Shown piece after piece: positions 48,641 to 64,000 of a DNA stretch of 64,000 bases (its first letter is position 1; each line of letters opens with the position of its first letter). The DNA comes from Octopus sinensis (Eukaryota). The notes under the pieces are model-generated. The model saw only the letters and a program-made list of their open reading frames with translations, made no database searches and had not been told where the DNA came from. The position numbers were made by a program, and so were the translations under genes. The stretch is from positions 326,022 through 390,021 of the forward strand of contig NW_021831752.1 of NCBI RefSeq assembly GCF_006345805.1, given 5' to 3'.

Positions 48641-50400
48641 ATGATGGCTTCGGAAACCCCTGGAGACTTAGTTATGGAAGAAGACTGTAGTTATGACGAA
48701 GAACTGTCGAGAGATGAAATGTACGAATATGCTCGTCTTATTGGGGTGGACCCACAAACAGAGCCCGGTCTCATGTACATTGTCCAGGAAGGACTGAAAG
48801 CACCACTTCCCGAACATTGGAAGCCCATGTAACCTTATAAGTAATTGAACAGTCTTCGGGAGAATGGACAAATTTATTATTTTAATTTTTTGACCTCAAA
48901 AAGCACCTGGGAACACCCATGTGATGATTTCTACAGGAAAATGGCAGATCGAGAAAGATCACAGAGAACGCTGATTAAAGAACCTCAAAAAATTAACGGA
49001 CATTTGGAAAAGGCTACAAATGGGACAACCCCTATCAATCTAGTCCCAGAAAACAGCCTAGTGATCCCATTTGACTCATTTGTAGTTCAGTTTTGGAAGG
49101 GAGGTCAGTGATGAGTACGAACTGTCAAGTAAACACGAAGACTCGCCAAGGTTGTGACTTATTTATGGCTGATCAGCAGAAATCGGGAAGTCAAGAACTC
49201 AGAAAGACAGGTAGAGAACTCTGAGGGCTTGGATTCGTACGAGGTAGTTGTAGTTTGGAGGAATCGTAGAATGACAATTATGTTTTGCAGCCATCAAAAA
49301 TCGTTTCATTCAAGCAAAAGAAATCGGAAATTATTGACTTTGGTCGACTAGGTGAGCAGAAATCGAACGGGCTATGTCGAAAAAATAACCACAAATTAAA
49401 AAATCACTACAAATCAACAAATCATTTAAAAGCAACTCAAAATTATATCCTCAATAAAAAACCTAAACTGGATAACCTCCCTTCGAATTCTAAAAAAGCG
49501 AATAAATTAGTTGGGGATGAACATTTAAAAAGTCCAAATACCTGCAGTGTAGTTCCGGATTGTTGCAATAAGCAAGACTCTGTTTTTGAGAACCAAACAT
49601 TTTGTTCTCAAAATGGTTTAACAGACAATGAAAACAGTCATTTATCCAAAATAGTGTCAAAAAATGTCATTTCTAATCAATTTGCGGCCAAAGGTATTTT
49701 GTTGGACACCGAATCTAAAAATGTGTGGCTTTTAATGTATTTCTGTATAGAATGGAGAAATTGACAATTTGCTATCAAAGTTATCCCTTTCAACACAAAA
49801 TGAGCAGTCCTGTCATTCCGAGGTTAGTGATCTTGACATTTATAATGGTAGATTTATGGAGAATCAACTTCTACCCATATTCGACTGTATATCCCTTAAT
49901 TAAATGTTTCAGTCCAGAAAACCAATTAAAACATTCCAAAAGTGTTACTGTGGGTGAAATCAAGAATGGAACATTTAATTATCACACATCAAATAATTCA
50001 GAAAACCGCTGTATGACTATTGCCCTTTAAATACACTTAGCTGCTGATCAAGTGTTTACTACACACAAAATGGGCCTGTCCTCCCAACCTACTGCCTTCC
50101 GTTTGTGAGGTGATTGTGACTTGTTAGAAGCCCGTTTTAACAATAATCGAATTCCTACGAATATGCTCAAGTCGTATGACCAGGCTGAAAGATCCCTGGA
50201 AGCCAAATGGAGGCGATACCAGGAACTGCAGAAGACTGGAGTCAAAGAAGTGCTTACTAGACCAGCAAATAAGTAATTTTGAAATATATGAACTGCATAG
50301 ACCATTGGAAGACACGACAGTCAATGATCGACTGTCTAATCACAGAAAATGGCTTTCAAAACTCCAAGACGACATAACAGCCCACCTTTGTCGCAAATGA
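48641..50400 (+). CDS. CEP164: CEP164-like distal appendage protein (WW domain), shortened
   Basis: LVMEEDCSYDEE.S.DEMYEYARLIGVDP..EPGLMYIV.EGLKAPLPEHWKP..GQIYYFNF..STWEHPCD.FYR is the CEP164 N-terminus. 3' end (LEAKWRRY..RLSNHRKWL, stop at 50400) is tentative; middle exons not fully resolved. Confidence 0.8.
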
Positions 50401-50550
50401 TGAAATGTCTGTCCATACTGTGTATAAATATATGCCTCTTAATTTACTGTTCCAATTTTTGTGCGAATATAAAGATTTTGTTCCCTTTAAAACAGGCAGT
50501 TTAGATGGATGGACAAATTTAATTAAACAAAGAAAAAGACTGGTTAAAGG

Positions 50551-50879
50551 CTAGATTCTGTAAGAGTGTTTGTTGCGGGTGAGGTAGTTTATGATAAATT
50601 CGATTGGATCGGGGGGTCTCTCCTTGGCCAAGGACATCATGGACTGAATTAGAATCGGAACAACTGTTTTGTGGAGGTAGTCACGTTCGGGAAGACTATT
50701 TAATTCGAGTCTTTGAACTTTGTTCATTTCGTGGATTCCAGTCTGTTGATAAGGCAATAAAAGTACTTGGCTTCGAGAATCGAAAAATGTTTTCTGTTCC
50801 ATACTATCAATAGAATCACTGTTTATATTTCCAGAAGTCATAACTAATATTGACAATCAATTTGTATACAGTTATCCAT
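50551..50879 (-). CDS. DPY30: DPY30-domain protein (COMPASS subunit-like)
   Basis: LNSLPERDYLHKTVVPILIQSMMSLAKERPPDPIEFIINYL; probable first exon MDN with a 26-nt intron. Confidence 0.85.
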
Positions 50880-51203
50880 ACTCACAGCAACCAATTAAAA
50901 CAAAAATTTATTAAACAATATTTTAAATATTTATAATAAAACACATAAAAAAATTAATCTTTTTCTTGTGAAGCTAATCAAATAACATTTATACTAATTT
51001 AAAATGATTGGGCAAAATTCTTTAGTTCGTGGAATGTATCTGATTTATTTTCAGCACAATTTCACATTTAGAATTTTAAAAAATTAGAAAAATGTTGTAG
51101 ATTGCCAATATAAAATATTATTATTAAAATAATTTTATATTATTTCCGAATATTCACGACAATAAGCCACGCTATTTAAATAGTCTCTTTCTCATTTTGA
51201 TAA

Positions 51204-52373
<1,170 letters not shown>

Positions 52374-52499
52374 AAATATTGATATAAATGGTTTATTGTT
52401 CTAAATAAAGGAAATTAATGTTATTTAATTATGTTCTGTCGCTATAGGAGTAGATTAATTTTTAGTTCATCATCATTAAAACACCCCACCCTCATTAGT

Positions 52500-52688
52500 T
52501 GACCCAAATAACTAATATCTGGAACATTAAATATTACTGTAAAAGAAAGAGTATTCCCACAAATCAAGCTAAGGTGATGGATCAGCAATCTGAAGTACAA
52601 ATGATCAAATTCCATCCAAAGGAGTGGGTGGACTATTATATAAAGCGGTTTACAGAAAGTTATGGGAGGTATGTGGAATGTTGCCTTC
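52500..52688 (+). mobile_element. Tc1 C-terminal remnant cut by the pogo insertion
   Basis: NI..YCKR..IP..W..YYIKRFTESYGRY resembles a Tc1 transposase C-terminus. Confidence 0.35.
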
Positions 52689-52690
52689 TA

Positions 52691-54302
52691 CAGTCCGACC
52701 CCCAAATGGGGCACCAAGTGCCCCAAAATGCGGGGGTGCCCCAAAAACAGGGGTTTGTTATTTTTTTAAAAATTAAACCATTAATAAACATCAAAAAACA
52801 TTTTTACTAAAATATTCAGTTATTTTCTTTTTATTTGTAGAGTTTTGTCTGATATTGTTCGTCAATTTCAGCCGAAAATCAAAAAAATCTCGGAGCATAC
52901 TTGGTGCAACATTAGAAATTTTTTCTTCTAAATTGTTAAGCAGATCTTTTGTTTTTGCTACGACATTTTCACTATTTTCGGTTTCTGAATATGTATCATA
53001 AACATTATTGTTCATGTCTTCGCATTCTCCATCAATTGTTTCGTTAACAACTTGATCTAAATGTTCATCTGTTAGACAGTTTTTTGTTGCATAAGAATCA
53101 CGGTTCCTGTCGATTTTCTTCCAACAATTAACAATACTTTTAGCATCTATTTTCTCCCATCCTTTTGAAATTAGCATCATAACCTGACGCAAATTTAATT
53201 TACCAATAGAATGTGTAAAATCGTTTTCGAAATCTTGAAAACATAAAAATTCCATTAAGAAAGAGGAATAATAATCTTTAAAAATCTTGATTATTCCCAT
53301 ATCCAAAGGTTGCAAATAGGGCGTTGTATTTTTCGGCAAAAATATTTTAATACTTTCTGGTCATATTTTTCAAAATAATTTTTCACATAAGATAAATCAC
53401 ATGAAGCTTTTTCACCACATATTGACTTGAATTGAAGTTCATGCCGCAATTTAAATCTATCAAGCCACCCATTGGAAGCTTTAAAAGAAGTAAATCCAAT
53501 TTTTGAAGCTGTAACTAAGGCAATTTTTTTCAAAATAGGGCCTGAAATCGGAATTTTATCTACGCGTAGTCTTTGAAATATTTCAAAGACTTGATCATCA
53601 AATTTATCTTTATCGGCTTTAAATGTGTCATATTCCTCAGAAATAGTATTGCCGTGTTGCAAGAAAGGTACAATATTTCGTTTTATTCTTGATATTGTTC
53701 CTTTACTTGTGTTGTACTTTTTCATTAGTTGCCTCTCAGATAAATTTTTCTTCAAAATTTCTTTAGCAATCTTCAATTTAGTTTCGTAATCCATAACCAC
53801 AACAATAAAAATATAAATTGAAAATAAAACAAAAAATAATTAATTTATTATAATTTTATTTTATTTTTAATTCCTTATAAATGATTTTATGGTGCCCCAA
53901 AAATTCCATAATTTTTTATCGATTTTTATTTTTTTTCTGCCAAAATGTACTTTTGGAATAAAGTGCCCCAAATTGCGGGGGTGCCCCAAAATCCGAGGGT
54001 GCCCCACCCCTGGGGTCTGCCCCATTTTGGGGTCGGACTGTAGTTTCGTAATCCATAACCACAACAATAAAAATATAAATTGAAAATAAAACAAAAAATA
54101 ATTAATTTATTATAATTTTATTTTATTTTTAATTCCTTATAAATGATTTTATGGTGCCCCAAAAATTCCATAATTTTTTATCGATTTTTATTTTTTTTCT
54201 GCCAAAATGTACTTTTGGAATAAAGTGCCCCAAATTGCGGGGGTGCCCCAAAATCCGAGGGTGCCCCACCCCTGGGGTCTGCCCCATTTTGGGGTCGGAC
54301 TG
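52691..54302 (-). mobile_element. pogo/Tigger-type element with internal deletion and a duplicated 5' end
   Basis: TA plus TIR CAGTCCGACCCC(C)AAATGGGGCA at 52691; inverse ends at 54040 and 54302, each followed by TA. CENP-B HTH (KIPISGPILK..FKASNGWLDRFKLRH) joins directly to LPKNTTPYLQPLDMG, so the first two catalytic Asp motifs are missing. Confidence 0.92.
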
Positions 54303-55049
54303 TAGTCACTTTAAAGGTTATTAATTAATTTTTTAAAAAGGTGTTAAAAAGATAACAGACCAAGAATGAGAAAATAGGTAAAATGGTATTTTTTTGCCAT
54401 TAATAAATAAATTAGAAAAAATTATTTTGAAAAAAATTTGAAAATTTTTCATTTGTACAACAACGAACACAATTTTTTGGCAAAACAATAATGGGATTTA
54501 TATCAGTTATACGCAAAAAAACGAATGCTAATTCTATCTCTTCAAAATTTCCATATGAAATCGCACAAAAATAATGTAACTTTGAGTGATGTAATTTAAA
54601 GATTAAAGTTAAAAAAGATTTTGGTGCTAATCATGCGCTAAGATTGGAAGAAATTGAGATGCCTATGCCAATATGGCTGCAGTAGAATTATTACTAATAA
54701 ATAATCTAGTCAAAATAACAATGAATGCTTAAAATTAGATTCGCTACGAAATTGAAAAACGGAACGTGTACGGATTTTGGAACAAAAATGATTAAAAACC
54801 ATAAAAATTATTTACAATAAAATTTCCATCGAATATTTTTTAATTCAAATTTTTTGTCCTATTTTTTCAATTTCCATTAAATATTTCTGTGAAAATAGAT
54901 TATGTAAATTAGTTCGAGGATCAGCGTTGAAGCTCTAAAAATTAGTGTTTAAGTCACTTATAACCAAGCGTTTGGATTTTTCTTGGAAATTTTTTGTTAA
55001 GATATTAAGACATTTATTGATCAAAGAAGCAGGGTAAAACAGTTAATTA

Positions 55050-55410
55050 TAATCCGCGTGATCCCCGATTCACTTCGCAAGCGACCGCAATTCTTCGGAA
55101 AGGTTCGATCCCGTCCACGGTGATCGGTCTGGGACGACGATGTCCCGGGTCAGAGTCCCAGAAATCCTTTTCGGTAGCCATTAGGTGCCTTCTGAGGCAT
55201 ATCCGATTGGAAGTTCTAACTGACATGGTGGACTACATAAGGCTACGCTAAGACCGGAATGTAAAAGATCCCCATTTTCAACTATGTCGTGCCAAAAGGA
55301 CTCGTCGCCTCGCAGGCAAAAGAAGAATGACGAGAATTAACCCATTGTTGGAAACTAGCCTCCTTTGGATTCGAACCCACGACTGTCCAGATCCAGCATC
55401 CATAGCTAAA
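55050..55410 (-). other. GC-rich SINE-like or ncRNA-like island
   Basis: tRNA-type B-box GTGGGTTCGAATCC (plus 55367-55380); its far end resembles the 3' terminus of the R4-like element at ~24708-24724; no ORF. Confidence 0.45.
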
Positions 55411-56225
55411 GCTTCAGTTAAAGTAAGAGATATTTTGTTAAAATAGGATATACCAAAAAAACTGTTCGTTAAACATTCAATTACTGGAAAATTTAATGAG
55501 GAAATAAATGACTATTTAAATACAATTTAATCCTTTATAAGTCGGATACTTTGTCATTAAGAATCCAAAGATATTAAGAGGAAGCATCGTAGTGGTGATT
55601 ATTCTTTCATTTTGAATGATTTACACAAGCAATATATTTTTAATTTGGTCGATGATAGTCAATTATCGACACAATCAAAGTTAAAAGACACACTGTTTTT
55701 TGAATATATGATAAATATCAGTCAAAGTAAAATTAACAGATGTCTTGAAGATTTTCACAATGTAATTAAACAATCCTAAACAATATTTTGATACCACAAT
55801 TAATCTAGAGAAAATATAAAGATTATTTCCGACGTTACAAACTGAAATCGAATATAAGATCATATTTTTTCTCGATGAAATATGATTTTCTATTTGGAAG
55901 CGTGCGAAAATACAGAGCAATATTTTGAAATTTTCCCTATTTAATAGTGGCTTAAGTAAAAAGCAGAAACATATCTCTTTTACAGTATTGAATAGATATT
56001 GAATGATTTTCCACTGAAATTTTCAATTTTTTAATGGACAGACTTTTAAAGAATGTCTGATAAAAAACTCAAAAAATGGCATAAAATTCATAATATGTGA
56101 CATGGGCTGCGCGATACCTACGGGCCGCGTGATACCTGACGTGACCTTGAAATGTGCAATTATGACATTGATGGGATTAAATTATAAATCTTTTAATTAG
56201 ACCGCGACTCATTCTTATCATTTAA

Positions 56226-57118
56226 TGTGGCGCTCCATGCAGGTTACACCAATTTTAAGCGTTACATTTTGACCTTGTGACATGACAGTTGACTTTGACA
56301 GGTGACAGGCTTCATAAAAATCGAAATCTCAATTTTAATATCATTTTTAAGTAAGTGATGCAGAATAAAACACCACATAGCAATAAAAGACCACATTGTT
56401 CAAAAATGAAATATAATTTATTATTTTATATAAACTTATAAAAAAATAAATATAAAAAAGAAAATTTTTTTAGAAATTATTTTTTAAAACTGCTACTATC
56501 CAGTGGTTCTTACCTTTTTTAAGTCAGCGCCCCCTTTTGACACAATTTTGAAGCTTCAAAATTTCAGCGCCCAACAAAATCATTAGATTCTAATCCAACA
56601 AAATCCCAACCGAACACATCCTAACCCTAACCATTTACTAATCCAAACCCTAACCTAACCCCTATCTTGATACTAATTCAACCAAACTGTAACTCCAACC
56701 CTACCCTAACCCATATCTTGATCCTAATCCAACCAAACCCTAACTCCAACCATACCCTAACCCTAACCTAACCCCTATCTTGATACTAATTCAACCAAAC
56801 TGTAACTCCAACCCTACCCTAACCCATATCTTGATACTAATCCAACCAAACCCTAACTCCAATTCTTTCAGTTTATTGATTCCATTATGAGTGGTCAAGT
56901 GCTGTTTCATGCATTCTACCTTCATAGTTGAATGTCGTCCTGAGCTATAACTTGTTCACGAGTCTCACCATTTGTAAAAGTATTGTATCTTCTAACAGGA
57001 AAAGTTATGAATAATAGTTTATTAATTGTGGTTAATTGAGTTTAGATGTCAATATCCAAAAAAAGTCAAGGCCAAAGTGTAACGCTTAAAATTGGTGTAA
57101 CCTGCATGGAGCGCGACA
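56226..57118. mobile_element. TGT..ACA MITE nested in the Ginger element
   Basis: ~52-bp TIR TGT(G/C)GCGCTCCATGCAGGTTACACCAATTTTAAGCGTTACA..; 5-bp TSD TTTAA at 56221-56225 and 57119-57123. Confidence 0.9.
56620..56860. repeat. Degenerate (CCCTAA)-based interstitial repeat with a 113-bp duplication, following a hAT-like left end
   Basis: CCCTAACC motifs; unit starting 56648 repeats at 56761; hAT-like CAGTGGTTCTTACC at ~56491. Confidence 0.8.
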
Positions 57119-58399
57119 TTTAATAATTTACTAAATTAGCTAAAGACTCTCTCATTTTGACAAAAAATTATATTTGTAGGAATTTAATTATCAGAAATTA
57201 ATTTTTTTTGGTGGAAAATCTAAATTTCTTGAGTTATTTCTAGCGTGCAAGTATATTTTTCAGCAATGTTCTCGTACAAAGGTTATGTAAAGAATAATTT
57301 GGAATATCAAATTTTAAAAGATGCTTTACAGGATAAATTTCCTGAACATTTACAAAGCAAAAAAAATATAGACTAGTTAAGAAAATTGAAAATTTTACTG
57401 TAATTAATGAAAGGTATCATACAAATTGTAAATGTATAGATTGTATCTTAAATGTCCGAATTCAGATCACAAGCTAGTGATTTGTCTAGACAATGAACCC
57501 GAAATGGAGATCGTTGCTAAAAGTTTGCATGACTTCTCGCATGGAGGAGTTAACAAAATTGAATATGAATGTCGACAACAATATTTCACAGTTAAAAATG
57601 AGATTATTCGAAAAGTCATTCGAAACTGTGAAATTGTAAATTTGCGCGACCCCCTTAAAAGTTTTAACTTTTTTAAATCCTAGATTGGAGATATAAATAA
57701 CCATGTCTTCGCATCTTGTTCAAATGAAAGATTTCAGATAGATCTTATAGATCTGAAAAGTTTTTCTACTATAAATAAAAATTTTAAATGGATTTTAACG
57801 GTCATTGACGTGTATAGCAGGTTAGTTTTTTTAACAATTTTTATAGATTTGCATTTGCAAGGCCGCTCTACACTAAGTCCTCAAATGAAGTTTGTGAAAA
57901 CCTCAGATCATTATTTTTCTTAAATGGTCCGTGTCAATTTCTTCAGTCCGATAATGGGACTGAATTCAAGAATCGTGAAATGACCAATCTATGTGAGGAA
58001 TTCAATATCAAACGAATTCACGGAAGGCCAAACAATCCCCGCTCACAAGGGATTGTCGAACGCTTCAACCAGTCAATTACAAAAAAAATGGCAAAAATGA
58101 TCGACAATGATAACAAAAAGTGGCTGGAAAAATTAGAAAATGCAGATAAAAAATTCGATGAGCGAAATTTTGATTGTGCCAATGTCCAGACTTAAATTAA
58201 GCTTCAAGGTCACGTCAGGTATCACGCGGCCCATAGGTGTCACGCAAACCATGTCACATAATATTTCGAATCCATAATTTATAACGGATAATGCTTGAAA
58301 ACACTGTTATAAAAAATAAACTCAAGTCATTTCAATTTTTTTTATATTACAAATATTTAAATTTTAGCAGTAAATGTTAATTTAGTCAAAAAGGCAAAT

Positions 58400-58670
58400 T
58401 CTTTACTTGGCAAGAGGCTGACGCAATTGACAAAGAGTTAAAGCGTATATCCGCTCAAAAAACCATCTTGATTTGCGGGCCTCGCCTGTGAATGTAGACA
58501 TCCGAGACCCGATCTCCTGAACGAAGCTAATTGCCCTTTTCCCAAGGAACCGGACGTCTCAACTGATAATGGAAGTAATTGGTACTTCTCCACAAGTGAA
58601 GAGTAATTCCGCATTTTTTTCCATTCAGCAGTTGTGGCGATTGGTCCAGGGACGGATGCGGACATCATTT
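58400..58670 (-). mobile_element. CRE-clade retrotransposon extreme 3' fragment
   Basis: SVPGPIAT.AE.KK..YSSLVEKYQLLPLSVETSG, closely parallel to the copy at 32700-32990. Confidence 0.75.
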
Positions 58671-59054
58671 TAAATTTAAAAATAAACCACTCTACTCTTA
58701 TTTCTTTAATACCATAAAAAGTATATTTTCTATATGCAAGCATGAAATTACTATTGATCGTTGTGACTGATTTTTCGTAAAATGCTCAAATATATTTTAT
58801 TTTCCTAGTAGAAAATAACAACCTTGATTTTTTTAAGTACGTTGTTTTGATTTTCGGAAAAACTTTGATGTTCGCTTATATGAGGTTTAACACTAATGCT
58901 TTAAGAGTCAACACTAATGCTTTCGCTTTCGACGTGAAACCTCAAAACTCACTAATAGCTATAAATAATATTAACACCCAAATACAAATGGGACATAATC
59001 AAATAATAAGCCAATAGAAATGTGTGGCAGTAATAGAAAACAGAATAAAATAAA

Positions 59055-60976
<1,922 letters not shown>

Positions 60977-63629
60977 AAACCAATAAGCGCTATAAGCGGT
61001 AATGCTGTATTTTTATTAATTCATTCATTCAATGTTCAAATTAATTAACATAATTTAAATTAATTGATAATTCACAGCAATACATGACAAATTCAATAAA
61101 TCTCCAAAAATTACATGAAATTTCCCCCAGATCATTTTTTTCTTTTATTTAGTGATCTTGACAGAACATATCTCGATAGGTTATTTCCCTACAAGTATTG
61201 TATATCTATCATCTAATAGTCATTAAGATTATTATAAATAATAAATTGTTTTCACTCCAATTGCTTTGGAGTCTTCGGGTATCTTCGGATTTAAAACAAA
61301 ATATCAAATCTCATTATAAATTGTTAGAATATTGTTATTGGTCATAAGAAACTTAAGATGTGCCAACTTTAGTTATAACTCCCTAGAATTTGGTGTCTCC
61401 AATACGCACTTTCAATTTAGTTTTGGATAAAAAAATCTAAATTAGAGTAACCGAGTTTTTATCAAGAAAAGATTGGAATACTTTGATTAGATTTTTGCAA
61501 CTTACAAAGTTGTAAGTTCTGGCAATATCATCTTTGGCCTTACTTAGACTATATCATCAGTTGATCTCTAAAAGTATCAACTCTGAAGGGATTTTATTTA
61601 ACTTTGAAATAGTCAAATTTTATTGCTCTGAAGACTTTGTCTTTTATTTTACGGAATTCAGAAATATCAAGAAATCTAAAGCAATGTATAAGCCTCTCTT
61701 ATTTTTTAATTATCAGCTAGTAAAACAGACCAATCTGTAAGCAAATGAAGGCTAACTTATACAAACTAACAACATAATTTGTGATTTATCAGATTATAAT
61801 GCCACATATAAACAGGTTAACTACACAAAAGATTTTGTCAATTTTTAACATGTGGATAAAATGATGAATCAGGAACGGAGATTTATTAAAGATTTGATCG
61901 AAAAAATTAATGAAATATCTCTAATTTAAAATAAATTGAAAAAATGGTAAAATGAATATTACAGAATATCTTTTTCGTAACAGATCTTTTTATTTGTATA
62001 AAATCTCTAAAAACCAGATTTTTTAAATTTTCATATAAAGAAGAATCGGATCTTTTTGATCCAAGTAAAGATAACATACCCTTAAAATCTAAATACAATT
62101 TCTTTTTATGCCGTTCTATTTGATAAAAAACCGACTTGTCAGGGTGTAGAAATTATCATTAAATAATTATTGATTAGAAATGCATAAATACATCTTTTCT
62201 CTTAATTGTGTTGTATTCCTCAAAGACTTATAAAATCACAACACAGGTCTGTTAGCCGGAGACTTTTTGTAGTTAACATTTTTTTAATAGTTTCTGGGGT
62301 GTAACCTGTTCTGGGGCGCTTTTCTCAAATAAAATAATACTTATTTTTATTAATCATTAAATTCCAAATACAATTAAATTAAGGAAGAATATTACCGGAG
62401 GATATGAATATCGGGGTCGACTCCGGGTGACTGAAAAAGCTTCTCAATTTTGTTAAAAAAATGATAAATATTAATTTTTTTAATCTAAAAACTTTATTTA
62501 AAAGGGAAAATTGAAAAAATAGTAATTCCTTCTGACTGTCAGGCAGAGATAAAGACCCATTCTTGTCTTACTGAGGCGTATAAAAATTGAATTTTTCTGT
62601 CGCCGGCATTACTTATTTGTACAAAGTGAGGTTATAAGAAAAGTTATTTCAGAGTTCGATGTATGTAATCTTGAAGTTTTTTCTTCATCTGGACTCCTAA
62701 TTAGATAATTTAGTTGATTTTAATTAAGCGATTTCAATTAAATAATAGTTTAAATGTTTGGTCACCAAATACAATACTTACGAGTCTGGTATATACGAAT
62801 GCATTCATTCTTATATCCAGTCACCCTCTCTTAAGAAAATTATAGAAAGGGTCTCCTTTGGGGGTTAAATTTGCAATCATTGTTGGAATGCTTGTAATCG
62901 AATGTTTTATAACCATAAAATGGACCGAGATGTATGCTCTATCTTTTTGAATAATATGAACTAAATTTTGTGATCTGTACAACTTATTGACACCAAAACC
63001 ATTTTTTAAGATTCTAATATTTTTGATAATTAAAGAGTCTGTAAGAAATAAACAAAATCAAATTCGTTTGTGTCTGGTCAAATTAAAATAATCAAGAAAA
63101 GGAACTAGATTATATGATTCCATAATAAAATCAGTAGCAATAAACAATCAGAATTACAAAAGTTCTAAACAACACTAAATTTATCTAAAATTCATTTATC
63201 TAAATTATCAAAAAATGAATTATTCGAATGATCAGAGTCTATGTTAACTTAGTTGACTATACGAAAGTATAGTAATTTTTTTTAAAATAGTAAATTAATT
63301 TAAAGTTACAAATAAGGAGTATTAAAAATGGCAAGTCGTAAATAACAAGCTAATCATTAATTACTAAACAGTTGTATTGGAAAAAATTGCTTACAAGATA
63401 AAAAGGGGAAGTATTGGAAAAATTTAAAACAGCGAACATTAACCCCACTAATTAACTAGTATAAATATTTTATCGGCGCTCATTAAAACCTGAACTAATT
63501 TAAAACAGAATAAAGAAACAGATAAATTCTACACAGTTGATACATTATATCGTTTTGAGGAGGAAAAATCCTTAGAAGAAATTCTTTTCAATACAGGACA
63601 AGAAACAATAATACTTTACAATTATTATG

Positions 63630-63960
63630 ACTAATTTTGATTTCAATCTGATTTTTCCGTTTTAAAATTAAGTTATTTTTCAATAAGTCTAAGTTCATGT
63701 ACTTCTACAAACCTTATCAAGACATAGCCACCTTTTACTTAACTAATTTCCGAGGACTGGTGTACTCTTCTCTCACCTAATAACATCTCTGAAAGCACAA
63801 TGAAACCACATTTAGGGTCGCTAATTAAAAAACCATACATTTTGATGATTTAGTTATATTTATTTCTTAATATGTGCATTGGAAAAGAAAGGTTATACTT
63901 CTAGGGATTATTTTTAAACTTTGCCTTGAGAGAACGTTCATAATTTAGCAAGCGCAACGC
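63630..63960 (-). mobile_element. Highly decayed IS630/Tc1-like transposase remnant
   Basis: Only scattered motif-like fragments interrupted by stops. Confidence 0.25.
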
Positions 63961-64000
63961 GACACTCAAGGAAAAAAAACTCAAGTTCGAATAATTCACA

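Larger units (their letters stand above)
56096..58258 (+). mobile_element. Ginger/TDD-type DNA transposon with Gypsy-like integrase
   Basis: 56-bp TIR TGTGACATGG..CGCGTGATACCTGACGTGACCTTGAA; 5-bp TSD TAATA at 56091-56095 and 58259-58263. Integrase ERFQIDLID..VIDVYSRF..QSDNGTEF..PRSQGIVERFN with a 26-nt intron at 57821-57846; frameshifted and C-terminally truncated. Confidence 0.92.

Noticed and set aside
55050-55410. Functional tRNA gene, RNase P or MRP RNA
   Set aside because: No convincing A-box or cloverleaf, and I could not find the P4 consensus motifs; kept only as a SINE/ncRNA candidate.
56620-56860. True chromosome end
   Set aside because: Repeats are short, degenerate, internal, and enclosed by TE ends with TSDs.
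61000-63600. Genes in the terminal AT-rich 3 kb
   Set aside because: Only short low-complexity ORFs; probably decayed transposon DNA, but no TIR, TSD or motif could be fixed.

Overview
Gene-dense, AT-rich animal (metazoan) genomic DNA read with the standard code. I reconstructed 17 host genes by hand, one partial: RAD23 3' end, SNAP29, COMMD5, PDHB, a TDRD12-like Tudor/CS gene, GMF, an RDH-type SDR, a long LRR-only gene, VPS51, RPP30, ECHS1, EXOSC2, PSMB1, a LIV-1 ZIP transporter, CEP164, DPY30, TDH and PLK1. Almost all introns are only 22-32 nt (mostly 24-26), which is why the ORF track is so fragmented. That intron size best fits a dicyemid mesozoan (inference). Four micro-introns need GC-AG ends with weak donor context. 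Between the genes is a dense, often nested set of transposons: RTE, CRE and R4-like non-LTR elements, Tc1, pogo, hAT, Merlin-type and Ginger-type (TGT..ACA) DNA elements, many with readable TSDs. Most notable: an RTE insertion with a twin-priming-type 5' inversion; Ginger integrase genes with host-sized 25-26 nt introns; a TDRD12-like gene apparently lacking its helicase; a much shortened CEP164; a 42-bp minisatellite with a strict A/G dimer period interrupted by a CRE element; a SINE/ncRNA-like GC island; and co-oriented genes with spacers as short as 43 bp. No prokaryotic system or CRISPR array is supported. All homology calls are from recognised motifs, not database searches.
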